From assembly GCA_048625195.1 (NCBI GenBank), contig JBMCRE010000001.1, forward strand, positions 5,396 through 69,395: a DNA stretch of 64,000 nucleotides, read 5' to 3'. A program made the translations under genes and the position numbers. Positions 49,051 to 58,677 of the stretch are shown in pieces; position 1 is the first letter of the stretch; each line of letters starts with the position of its first letter. Source of the DNA: Nanobdellota archaeon. Lineage in GTDB: Archaea > Nanobdellota > Nanobdellia > Woesearchaeales > UBA583. The notes beneath the pieces are model-generated. The model did not search any database and had not been told where the DNA came from. It worked only from the letters and a program-made list of their open reading frames with translations.

Positions 49051-50370
49051 ATGGGAGATAATTTAAATAAAATTAATTTAGAACATGTAACTAAAGTTGA
49101 AGGTCATGCAGAGGTAGATATTTCTATAAAAAATGGTAAAGTTGAAAAAGCTAATGTTCATAGTGTTGAAGGAGCTAGATATTTTGAAGGATTGATTAGA
49201 GGAAGAAAATATGATGAAGTAACTTTGATTACATCGAGAATTTGTGGAATTTGCTCTTGTGGGCATACTGTGTGCTCAATAAAAGCAATTGAAAATGCTT
49301 TTTCTATAAAAGTAAGTAGACAGACTGAATTATTAAGAGAGCTAATAACTATTGGAGAGAGAATTCGTTCTCATGCATCTCATATTTATTTTTTTTGTTT
49401 ACCTGATTATTTAGGATATTCTTCTGCAATTGATATGGCAAATAAGTATGCATCACAAATAAAAGATGCTATGGATATTGTGCGAGTTGGTAATAATCTT
49501 ATTAAATTAATTGGAGGAAGAGATATGCATCCATTTGTAAGTGTCCCAGGAGGATTTACAAAAATACATTCCCAAGAGGAATTTATTAATATAAAAGAAG
49601 AACTTAAAAATATAATACCTGCAATAAAAAGGACAATTACATTATTTGCAAGTTTAAATGTTCCAAAGTATAAAAAAAAAGATACTATATTTTTATCATT
49701 AGATAATCATAGGTCTTATCCTTTGCATACTGGGGATATAATTACTAATAGTAAAATTAAATTTAAACAAAAAGATTATAAAAATTTCATTAAAGAGACA
49801 TTTCATAAGGGTTCAACTGCTAAATTTGCAACAATTCAAGGCAAAGAATATACTACTGGTGCACTTGCAAGAATAAATAATTCTTATGGTAAATTATCTA
49901 AAGATACTAAAGATATGATTAAAAGATTAAATTTGAATTTTCCATCAACTAATTTATTTGATCAAAATTTAGCTCAAGCATTAGAAATTTTACATTGGAC
50001 TCAAAGAGGAATTGAAATATTAGAAAAAAATAATTTTAAAAGTGAAGATAAACAAGATATTAAATTGCAAAAAGATGTAAAAGAGTATCGAGGTATTGCT
50101 GCAATTGAAGTACCAAGAGGAATTTTATTTCATGATTATACTTTTGATGAAAAAGGTATTTTAATTAATGCTAATATTATTACTCCAACTGTTCAAAATT
50201 TACCTGATATGGAAGTTAATGTTCAAAATTATTTAAATCAAGTTTTAGAAAATGAACCTAATAAAAAAAAGAAAGAATTGGTTTTAGAAATTGAAAAAAT
50301 GATTAGAGCTTTTGATCCTTGTTTTAGTTGTTCAACTCATTTTTTAAAAGTTAATTGGAAAAATAAATAA
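49051..50370 (+). CDS. [NiFe]-hydrogenase large subunit, group 3 (probably 3b)
   Basis: TKVEGH, EGARYFE, L1 motif SRICGICSCGH, EVPRGILFH, IITPT, L2 motif RAFDPCFSCSTH plus a short C-terminal extension. Confidence 0.92.
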   Translation: MGDNLNKINLEHVTKVEGHAEVDISIKNGKVEKANVHSVEGARYFEGLIRGRKYDEVTLITSRICGICSCGHTVCSIKAIENAFSIKVSRQTELLRELITIGERIRSHASHIYFFCLPDYLGYSSAIDMANKYASQIKDAMDIVRVGNNLIKLIGGRDMHPFVSVPGGFTKIHSQEEFINIKEELKNIIPAIKRTITLFASLNVPKYKKKDTIFLSLDNHRSYPLHTGDIITNSKIKFKQKDYKNFIKETFHKGSTAKFATIQGKEYTTGALARINNSYGKLSKDTKDMIKRLNLNFPSTNLFDQNLAQALEILHWTQRGIEILEKNNFKSEDKQDIKLQKDVKEYRGIAAIEVPRGILFHDYTFDEKGILINANIITPTVQNLPDMEVNVQNYLNQVLENEPNKKKKELVLEIEKMIRAFDPCFSCSTHFLKVNWKNK

Positions 50371-50429
50371 AATTGATATTTGTTTTGTTTTTTTAATAAA
50401 TAAATATTATTTGTTTATTTTAATTATAA

Positions 50430-50837
50430 TTAATTTTCTATATTATCTAAAGTTTTACTCCAAAGTTTATGAATGTTACAATATGCTCTTACTTGCAATA
50501 TTTGAGAATTTATTGGAATTATAAATTCTGCTTTTGGTTTTTGATTTGGATTTAATTGTTTTTTTAATGTAATGTCATTATCTGTTATAACTTCTATCCA
50601 TTCAATATAATGTTTTTCTTCCATTGGATGCATAGTTTCACCTATTTGAATATAAATTATATCATCTTGGATTTTAATAAATGGGACGTGTTTTTCTTTT
50701 GATGTATTTATTGTATTTTCTTCTTGAATTTGCATTGGCTGATTACAACATACTAATTCTCCTTCTCCTGTATTTAATATTTTTACAATGTTTCCACAAA
50801 CTTCACATTTATATATTTCATTTAATTTAGTTGCCAT
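50430..50837 (-). CDS. Desulfoferrodoxin / two-iron superoxide reductase
   Basis: YKCEVCGN...VCC, EKHVP, HPMEEKHYIEWI, YCNIHKLW; likely start ATG 50837. Confidence 0.93.
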   Translation of the reverse strand: MATKLNEIYKCEVCGNIVKILNTGEGELVCCNQPMQIQEENTINTSKEKHVPFIKIQDDIIYIQIGETMHPMEEKHYIEWIEVITDNDITLKKQLNPNQKPKAEFIIPINSQILQVRAYCNIHKLWSKTLDNIEN

Positions 50838-50972
50838 ATTATTATTTAAGATATTCATTATTATAAATTTAATTGTTTTACTCAATTTAATTTAGGTTTT
50901 TTGTGATTTTTTTTTTATTTTTTTCAGTTGTTAAGTGCGTTTATAAAAAATGATTTATTATATCTATGTATT

Positions 50973-52121
50973 ATGGAAGAAAAATTTTCACCATTAACAT
51001 TTTTAGCATCGTTAGGAGCTGGTGGTATTGCAATAATGCCTTTTGTATTAATGCAATATACATTAGAACATGGAAAAGGTTTAATTACAAGAAGTAAATT
51101 ATGGGATTTAGTAAATACTTTAAATTTAAATTCATATTATTATTTTGGATTAGAATTCGTTATGATATTGTTTACTATTATTCATTTTGTACTTACAATC
51201 TTTTTTGGATATAAATTATTTAAGTGGATGCAAACTAAAGATTATTTATTATTAGTTTCAAATCCTTTAACAAATGCTACTCTTTTAGCACCTTTAATTT
51301 CTATATTAATGACAATGAATGTTTTTATTGGTCCTATTAGATATTTTTTACCAATAATGTATAATAATTTTCAAAGTTTGTTTTTACCTGCAATGATTTT
51401 TTGGAGTATATTATTTGTTTTTATAATGTATGTAGAGGTTAATTTATTAAGTATATCTTTTAAAAAAGGTTTTGATATTGAAAAGATAAATTTTGGTTGG
51501 CTGTTGCATCCATTTTTATTAGGAATGCTTAGTGTTGTAGGTTCTGGGATTGCAGCTATGAGTCAGGATTTTCTGATTGCCAATATTGCAGCTTTTATGA
51601 CTTTAATTTCTGTTAGTATGGGAGTATTTTTATTATTAGTTAAAATGATAGTTTTATTTACAAGACATTTTAGTCTAAAAGGTTTACCTGAAAAGAATTT
51701 TTTGCCAAGTTTTTTAATTGTTATACCAAATATTACTCTATATGCAATTACAGCATTTAGATTAGGACATTTTTTAGAAACACATCAAGGATTTCATTTA
51801 GGACCTTATTTTTATTTAGTAATAGGATTTTTCTTTGCATTTGAAATTTGGTATTTTTTATTTGGATTAACATTATTAGTTGATTATTTTAAGAAACATC
51901 ATTTTAAAGATTTTTATATAACTCAATGGGGTTTGATTTGTCCAGTAGTTGCATTTGGTGTTTTAGGTTCGTTTGCATATAAAATTTTATTGCCTTATAA
52001 AATATTTTATATTATATTAGTTTTAACAATGTTAATTGCAATAATTTTATATTTTGAATTATTATTAAAACATTTTAAATGTTTAAATAGTAAATCTAAA
52101 AAAATTAATTGTCAAATTTAG
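50973..52121 (+). CDS. TsoY-like (TDT-fold) multi-pass membrane protein, Cys form
   Basis: FSPLTFLASLGAGG, LLAPL...MTMNV, PSFLIVIP.IT, RLGH, LICPVVA; about 10 TM; likely start ATG 50973. Confidence 0.7.
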   Translation: MEEKFSPLTFLASLGAGGIAIMPFVLMQYTLEHGKGLITRSKLWDLVNTLNLNSYYYFGLEFVMILFTIIHFVLTIFFGYKLFKWMQTKDYLLLVSNPLTNATLLAPLISILMTMNVFIGPIRYFLPIMYNNFQSLFLPAMIFWSILFVFIMYVEVNLLSISFKKGFDIEKINFGWLLHPFLLGMLSVVGSGIAAMSQDFLIANIAAFMTLISVSMGVFLLLVKMIVLFTRHFSLKGLPEKNFLPSFLIVIPNITLYAITAFRLGHFLETHQGFHLGPYFYLVIGFFFAFEIWYFLFGLTLLVDYFKKHHFKDFYITQWGLICPVVAFGVLGSFAYKILLPYKIFYIILVLTMLIAIILYFELLLKHFKCLNSKSKKINCQI

Positions 52122-52193
52122 TTTTATAACTGAATTTGTTTTAACAATTATTGACTAAAGTTTATAAATTACGAAATTCTTATATATATTATT

Positions 52194-52535
52194 ATGGATG
52201 CGTTAATAATGAGTTATTTAGTAGTATTAATTATATTTATTGTGTCAGCATTACCTTTACATTTTGCTGTTAAATTTGTAGGTGGTAAAACCTATTTTTT
52301 AAAAAGTTTAGTAATTGTTATTTTAACTGGGTTTATTGCCTCTGCTATTACTATATTTTTTCCATTTGCAAATTTAATTATATTTTTGGTTCTAATATGG
52401 ATATATCATGAAGTGTTTAGACTAAAATGGATAAAAGCATTTTTAGTATTAATATTACAAGCTATATTTATGTTTATATTAGCTGTAATATTAGTATTTT
52501 TCTTTAGTTTTAATTTATTATTTAATTTTTTTTAA
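52194..52535 (+). CDS. Small multi-pass membrane protein
   Basis: ALPLHFAVKFVGGKT...YHEVFRLKWIKAF; highly hydrophobic. Confidence 0.7.
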   Translation: MDALIMSYLVVLIIFIVSALPLHFAVKFVGGKTYFLKSLVIVILTGFIASAITIFFPFANLIIFLVLIWIYHEVFRLKWIKAFLVLILQAIFMFILAVILVFFFSFNLLFNFF

Positions 52536-52618
52536 TTAGATTTTTAGTTTAGTTTAGTTATTTTTTCTTTTTTATATTATTATTATTATTATTTTTTATA
52601 TTTATTTTTATTTAATAT

Positions 52619-53476
52619 TTATTCAATTATAATAACTATTAAATATCCTAGAATCATAAATAAAACTATTAATAGAGTATTTATTATATTGAAGTTTGTA
52701 GATAAAATTATTGTTTTTATTGGTGTTGATAAAGCTCCTAATACTAAACCTAATAAAAAAAATAATGTTTTACATTTATCTTTTTTAAATAAATAATCTA
52801 TTACTCTTGATATTGTTATTGCTCCTAATATTGCCCCTATTGCAAAACTTAAAATTATTTTGTATTCTTTGATAATATTATGTAGAGCACCATAAACTAT
52901 ATTGTATAAACCAAGTATATATAATATAAATGAACCTGATATTCCCGGTAAAAACATTGCAGAAATTGCTAAAAATCCTCCAAAAGTTATATATATTAAT
53001 GATGCAGAACTTAAATTGGTTGTATTAAAAAAAATAAAAGATAAACCTATTAAAAAACCAATAAACCCTATTAAATAATTATTAAAACTATAATTTTTTA
53101 ATTCTTTTTTGATAAAAATTGTAGATGCAAAAATTAATCCAACAAAAAATGATAATATTAAACTTTGATAATATTCTAATAAATATAATATTAATTTTGA
53201 AATTAAAAAAATAGCACTAAATATCCCTAAAAATAATATTAATAAAAAATCTATGTTTAATTTAAAGAAGTCTTTTTTAAAATTTTTAAAATCTCCTTTG
53301 AATAGTTTGAGATTCATATAAAAAAAATCTTTATTTGTGAGATTTTTTATTGAAGAGATAAATTTTTCATATATACCAGTAATAAATGCGATTGTTCCTC
53401 CACTTATACCAGGTATTACATCACAAGTTCCCATTGCAAAACCTTTTAAATATACTTTTAAATAATTTTTATTCAT
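52619..53476 (-). CDS. DUF368 family membrane protein
   Basis: KGFAMGTCDVIPGISGGTIAFITGIYE and AMFLPGISGSFILYILGLY. Confidence 0.92.
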   Translation of the reverse strand: MNKNYLKVYLKGFAMGTCDVIPGISGGTIAFITGIYEKFISSIKNLTNKDFFYMNLKLFKGDFKNFKKDFFKLNIDFLLILFLGIFSAIFLISKLILYLLEYYQSLILSFFVGLIFASTIFIKKELKNYSFNNYLIGFIGFLIGLSFIFFNTTNLSSASLIYITFGGFLAISAMFLPGISGSFILYILGLYNIVYGALHNIIKEYKIILSFAIGAILGAITISRVIDYLFKKDKCKTLFFLLGLVLGALSTPIKTIILSTNFNIINTLLIVLFMILGYLIVIIIE

Positions 53477-53477
53477 T

Positions 53478-54509
53478 TTATATGTTTATAATGATTAAGT
53501 TGTCAATCTCTTTTGCGAATTTGAATAGTCCTTTTGGACAGTTTTCAATAAAAAATATTTTTGGTTTTTGAGATGAGGTGTAATATTTTATGATTTGGTT
53601 TTGATTTGGTTTTTTATAAAAGAAATAACAATCTATCTCGATTAATATTTTTGAGAGTTGTAAATTTGTTTTATAATAAATACCCTTATCATCTTTTTGC
53701 TTACTCTCTATTGTTAAATAATTTTCTTTTAAAAAATTCTCAATAAAATTTTCTTTTTGGTTTTTTTGCATTTTAATGTTTAATTCTTTCTGATTTTTTG
53801 AATTTTGATATGTATTATTATTGTTTTGATTGTTATTAGTTGAATTAAAGTTGTTTGATGTGTTATAATTTGAATTATTATTTAATTGATTAGATTGATT
53901 GCTTAGTTCTTGCTTGATATTTGAATTAAATGTTTGCTGATTGGATTGATTATTGTTGTGATTATTGTTATAGTTTTGATTGTTATTATTATTAGATTGT
54001 TGTTGGGTAGTTGTTGATTTATTGATTTGTTGTTGGTTTTTGTTTTTTTGTGTATTAGATTTGGGATTTAATGCTTCTAATATTTGTGACTTTGTATCAT
54101 CTAAATTTCTTTGATACCAAACCCAAAATTTGAAATTTTTATTATTATTGGTAAGTTCTAATTGGTATGCAAAATCTTTTATATTTCCTATTGCTAATCG
54201 TTCCTGAATCGTCAAACTATTGTCATTAACTATTTGTTTTTCTTTTAGTTTATGAAAGATTTCTTTTTCATTTTTAGAAAGATGTTTCTCGCCTAACTCT
54301 ATTAAAACTGAGGATTGTTTTGGATCATAATAATATGGTGTAGAAGATAATTTTAAATAAGTTATCTTAATTAATTTCTCTTTTGCAAGTTCTGATAGAG
54401 CAGCCGATGCTATTGTTGTTGTTGTATCAAAAACTTGTGCAACAGATGAAGGAATAACAGCTTTTTCTTGTTTTATATATCTTAAAAGATTATCTTTAGT
54501 TAGTATCAT
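53478..54509 (-). CDS. Hypothetical protein: N-terminal winged-helix-like domain, N/Q-rich linker, C-terminal domain
   Basis: VIPSSVAQVFDTTTTIASAALSEL..EKLIKI..LKLSSTPYYY; central N/Q/S low-complexity tract. Confidence 0.7.
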   Translation of the reverse strand: MILTKDNLLRYIKQEKAVIPSSVAQVFDTTTTIASAALSELAKEKLIKITYLKLSSTPYYYDPKQSSVLIELGEKHLSKNEKEIFHKLKEKQIVNDNSLTIQERLAIGNIKDFAYQLELTNNNKNFKFWVWYQRNLDDTKSQILEALNPKSNTQKNKNQQQINKSTTTQQQSNNNNNQNYNNNHNNNQSNQQTFNSNIKQELSNQSNQLNNNSNYNTSNNFNSTNNNQNNNNTYQNSKNQKELNIKMQKNQKENFIENFLKENYLTIESKQKDDKGIYYKTNLQLSKILIEIDCYFFYKKPNQNQIIKYYTSSQKPKIFFIENCPKGLFKFAKEIDNLIIINI

Positions 54510-54777
54510 AGTTATATTAATTTATTTGATTTTTTTAAACTTTGCTATAAGATGAACAGTGATAAAAAAATGAAATTAAAGAATTTTAATAAAATATATT
54601 AAGAAAAATTTAATTTTTAAGAACTTATAAATTTTATTTTATTGAATTAATACTATTAATGATGTTTAATAATGATAAATCGGATTATGCACCTAAAAAT
54701 GCACTTGAATTAAAACAAATATTCTCAATAATTTAATTAATAAAAATATTTTTAAATACTAAAAACATATAGATATT

Positions 54778-56871
54778 ATGAGAATTAAAGAGAAAGAATA
54801 TTTTGATAAGAGTAAAAAATTGTTAGAAATAGATAAAAAAAATATACAAAAACCTGATGCAGAAAGTATTATTAATGATTTAAAAAATGTAATAAGATAT
54901 CATGACTGGAGATATTATGTAAAAAATGATCCTATTATCTCCGATAAAGAATATGATGAACTTTTTGATTTGTTAAAAAATATAGAATCGAAGTGGCATG
55001 ATTTAAGAGATAAGAATTCACCAACTCAAAGAATATCTGAAAAAATTACTGATGAATTTAAAAGTGTTGAACATTTAAAACCTATGTTATCATTAGATAA
55101 TTCGTATGATAAAAATGATATCAAGGATTTTTATAAAAGAGTTAAAAGAAATCTTTCAAAAAAGGATATTAAATATTCTTTGGAACCTAAACTAGATGGT
55201 AGTGGAATCTCTATAATTTATGAAAATGATAATCTTATAAGAGGAGCAACTCGTGGAAATGGAATAAGAGGTGATGATGTTACAGGAAATATAAAGACAA
55301 TAAAAACTATCCCACTAATTGCTAAATTTGACAACGAAGGAATTAAAAAAATAGAAATAAGGGGTGAAGTTTTACTTAGTAAAAAAAGGTTTAATGAAAT
55401 TAATAAGCAACGTAGAAAGAATTCGAAAAATCTTTTTGCAAATCCAAGGAATGCAGCTGCAGGAACAATAAGATTACAAGATCCTAAAGAAGTTTCTAAG
55501 AGAGAACTTGAAATAATTGTATATCAAATAACTACTGCTCTTGATAAAAATGAAAAAGAATTACTTGGAAAAGATATTAAAAGTCAACAAGAAAGCATTA
55601 AACTTCTTAAAAGATTAGGTTTTAAAACTTTGCTTGACGAGACAGAAATCGGAAGAGATATAGATGATATATTAAAATATTCGAAAGAATGGAACAATAA
55701 AAGAGACAATTATCCTTATGAAGTTGATGGTCTTGTAATAAAGATTGATAATATACAATTTCATGAGAAATTAGGTTTTACTTCTAGACATCCAAAATGG
55801 GCTATTGCACATAAGTTTGAAGCAAAGCAAGCTACTACAGAAATAACAGAAGTGATATTTAATGTAGGAAGAAGTGGTATTGTAACTCCTGTTGCAAAAC
55901 TTGATCCTGTTAATATTGGAGGTGTTAATATTTCATCTGTGTCTTTGATTAATGAAGATTTTATAAATGAAAAAGATATACGAGAGAAAGATCAAATACT
56001 TATTGAGAGAGCAGGAGATGTTATACCTTATGTTGTAAAATCTATAAAAGATGCAAGAAAAAAAGATTCAGAAAGGATAAAGTTTCCACAAAAATGTCCT
56101 TCATGTAATCATAAAATAAAAAGAATAGATGATGAAGTTTATTGGAGATGTTTCAATTCTCAATGTCCAGCACAAATAAAAGAGAAAATTAGACACTTTT
56201 CATCTAAAGAATGTATGGATATTAAAGGTCTTAGTGAAAAGACTATAAATAAATTGTATGAGACTGGTGATTTGAGGAATATTGCTGACATATATAGATT
56301 TGATTATGAAAAACTAAAAAGTTATCCAAGATTTGCTAAAAAATCTATTAATAACATTAAGAAAGCTATTGAAGATTCAAAAAGTAGAGATTTATATTGT
56401 CTAATAAATGGATTAGGTATACCACTTATTGGAAAGAATCATTCAAGAATACTTTCATTAAATGTTGATAGCATCGATGATATTATTAAACTAAAAATTA
56501 ATGATATGATAAAATTCGAGGATTTTGGAATTATAACTACTAAAAGTGTTTACAATTTTTTCAAAGAAGAAAGTAACTTAAAAATTATATCAGAATTGAA
56601 AAAATTAGGAGTTAATACTAAAAATAAAAAAAGTACCAAATCTGACAAATTAAAAGATAAAACTTTTGTGTTTACAGGTTCACTTGATGATTATACCAGA
56701 GAAGAAGCACAAAATATTGTTGAAGAACTAGGGGGAAGAGCAACATCATCTATTAGCTCAAATACCGATTTTCTTATTGTTGGAAAAAATGTAGGTTCTA
56801 AATATAATGAAGCTAAAAAGTATGATGTAAAAATTATTAATGAAAAAGAGTTCAAAAAACTTATTAGTTAA
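54778..56871 (+). CDS. ligA: NAD-dependent DNA ligase
   Basis: YYV...ISDKEYD, SPTQR, PMLSLDN, EPKLDG, TRGNG..GDDVT, EIRGEV, ANPRNAAAG, DGLVIK, PKWAIAHKF, CPSC..C...C zinc finger, C-terminal BRCT. Confidence 0.97.
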   Translation: MRIKEKEYFDKSKKLLEIDKKNIQKPDAESIINDLKNVIRYHDWRYYVKNDPIISDKEYDELFDLLKNIESKWHDLRDKNSPTQRISEKITDEFKSVEHLKPMLSLDNSYDKNDIKDFYKRVKRNLSKKDIKYSLEPKLDGSGISIIYENDNLIRGATRGNGIRGDDVTGNIKTIKTIPLIAKFDNEGIKKIEIRGEVLLSKKRFNEINKQRRKNSKNLFANPRNAAAGTIRLQDPKEVSKRELEIIVYQITTALDKNEKELLGKDIKSQQESIKLLKRLGFKTLLDETEIGRDIDDILKYSKEWNNKRDNYPYEVDGLVIKIDNIQFHEKLGFTSRHPKWAIAHKFEAKQATTEITEVIFNVGRSGIVTPVAKLDPVNIGGVNISSVSLINEDFINEKDIREKDQILIERAGDVIPYVVKSIKDARKKDSERIKFPQKCPSCNHKIKRIDDEVYWRCFNSQCPAQIKEKIRHFSSKECMDIKGLSEKTINKLYETGDLRNIADIYRFDYEKLKSYPRFAKKSINNIKKAIEDSKSRDLYCLINGLGIPLIGKNHSRILSLNVDSIDDIIKLKINDMIKFEDFGIITTKSVYNFFKEESNLKIISELKKLGVNTKNKKSTKSDKLKDKTFVFTGSLDDYTREEAQNIVEELGGRATSSISSNTDFLIVGKNVGSKYNEAKKYDVKIINEKEFKKLIS

Positions 56872-56880
56872 TAAAGATAT

Positions 56881-58602
56881 TTATTTTTTGTTTTTAAAAT
56901 GTTTTATGAAATCTTTATAGGGAAGCGTGTTTATGACATCGTTTTTTGTTAGCCAGCCTCTTCTTGCTTGAGAAATTCCGTATTTTATAAAATTGAGATT
57001 AGAGATATTATGAGTATCAGTATTTATAACAAATTTTGCACCACATTCCTTTGCAAATTTTATATTTATATCGTTGAGGTCTAACCTTTTAGGGTTTGAG
57101 TTTATTTCTAAACATTTGTTATTTTTTGCGATTTCTTTGTATATTTTTTTTGAGTCAAATTCTATTTCTGCTCTTTTTCCAATTATTCTACAAAGAGGAT
57201 GACCTAATATGTCTAAATTCTCATTATTAATTGCATTTAGTATACGATTTGTCATATCTTTTTTTGATAGTTTAAATTTTTTATGAATTGAACATATCTT
57301 AATATCAAGTTTCTGTAAAGTATCATCATCATAATCAAGACTTCCATCTTCGAGAATATCTATCTCGGAACTTTTCAATATTTTCATTTGTGAATTTTTT
57401 TGCAATTTATCTATCTCTTTTATTTCCTTTTTTAGTTCATTTTTGCTCAATCCTGATGCTATAATTGCAGATTTAGAATGATCACTAATTGCAATATATT
57501 CATATCCTTTTTCTTGTGTAGCATCAACAATTTCTTTTATTGTGTTATTACCATCTGTCAATTTACTATGGATATGAAGGTCTCCTTTTATATCTTTTAG
57601 TTTAATTAGTTTTGGAATCTGATTCTTCTTTGCAGTTTCTATTTCACCTTTGTTTTCTCTTAATTCAGGAGGTATCCATTGCATTTTTAACTTATTATAA
57701 ATATCCTCCTCTTTTTCACCTGCAATTTTTTTGTTTTTTTTGTTGTATAGACCATATTCTGATAATTTATATCCTTTTTTCTGAGCGATTTTACGCAATT
57801 CTATATTGTGCTCTTTACTTCCAGTGAAATACTGCATTGCTGCACCAAAACTTTTCTTATCTATTAATCTTAAATCTATTTGAATATTGTTTTTTAAAAT
57901 TATTGTGCTTTTAGATTTTCCTTTTGATATTATATCTGATATATCATCCATATTTGTAAAAACATCTATCACTTTCTGGGGTTCTTTTGAGAATGCGAGT
58001 ATGTCAATGTCTCCGATTGTCTCTTTTTGTCTTCTAAGAGAACCTGCATAAATTATCTTATCAATTGGGGATTTAGCTTTCAATTTTTCAATGATTTCTT
58101 CTGCAATGGGCATCGCTTCTGATATAAGCATTCGCTCGGATACTTTTTCATATCTTTGAATAGATTTCTTTATATTATCCTGAGTCTTCTGACCAAATCT
58201 TTCGAGTTCTTTTATCTTATCTTGTTCTATTGCTTCTTTTAAGTCTTTAATGTTTGATATTTTTAATTCTTCTTGAAGCTCTTTTATCTTTTTAGGTCCT
58301 AATCCTTCAATTTTCATGAGTAAAGATTGTGATAAAGGAATTTGCTTGAAAAGTTCTTCAAATTCTTTTACTTTTCCATTTAAAATATATTCTTCAAGAT
58401 GTTTTGCTATTGATTCACCTACTCCAGGGAGTTTCTTTAATGCATTTATTCCTTTTTTCTCATAAAGTTTAGTAATATTATGGTTTAGATTTTCTATGCT
58501 ATTTGCAGCTGTTCTATACGCAATAGGTTTCCATTCAACCCCTTTTATTTCGTATGCGTTAGCAACATTGTTTAATATCTCTATTAATTCTTTGTTTATC
58601 AT
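56881..58602 (-). CDS. polX: DNA polymerase X with PHP 3'-5' exonuclease domain
   Basis: AYRTAA, GVGESIA, GSLRR.KETIGDIDIL, QIDLR, YFTGSKEHN, LSEYGL, IPPELRE; PHP motifs GDLHIHS, SDHS, GHP, NTDTH. Confidence 0.96.
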   Translation of the reverse strand: MINKELIEILNNVANAYEIKGVEWKPIAYRTAANSIENLNHNITKLYEKKGINALKKLPGVGESIAKHLEEYILNGKVKEFEELFKQIPLSQSLLMKIEGLGPKKIKELQEELKISNIKDLKEAIEQDKIKELERFGQKTQDNIKKSIQRYEKVSERMLISEAMPIAEEIIEKLKAKSPIDKIIYAGSLRRQKETIGDIDILAFSKEPQKVIDVFTNMDDISDIISKGKSKSTIILKNNIQIDLRLIDKKSFGAAMQYFTGSKEHNIELRKIAQKKGYKLSEYGLYNKKNKKIAGEKEEDIYNKLKMQWIPPELRENKGEIETAKKNQIPKLIKLKDIKGDLHIHSKLTDGNNTIKEIVDATQEKGYEYIAISDHSKSAIIASGLSKNELKKEIKEIDKLQKNSQMKILKSSEIDILEDGSLDYDDDTLQKLDIKICSIHKKFKLSKKDMTNRILNAINNENLDILGHPLCRIIGKRAEIEFDSKKIYKEIAKNNKCLEINSNPKRLDLNDINIKFAKECGAKFVINTDTHNISNLNFIKYGISQARRGWLTKNDVINTLPYKDFIKHFKNKK

Positions 58603-58677
58603 AATATCTTATGGTGTTTATATTATAAAAATTTATTGATTATAACTTATTTTACAATATATTCTTAAATATTTTGT

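Noticed and set aside
49051..52121. Selenocysteine recoding in the hydrogenase or TsoY-like gene
   Set aside because: No in-frame TGA; Cys codons occupy the relevant positions and both ORFs end normally.
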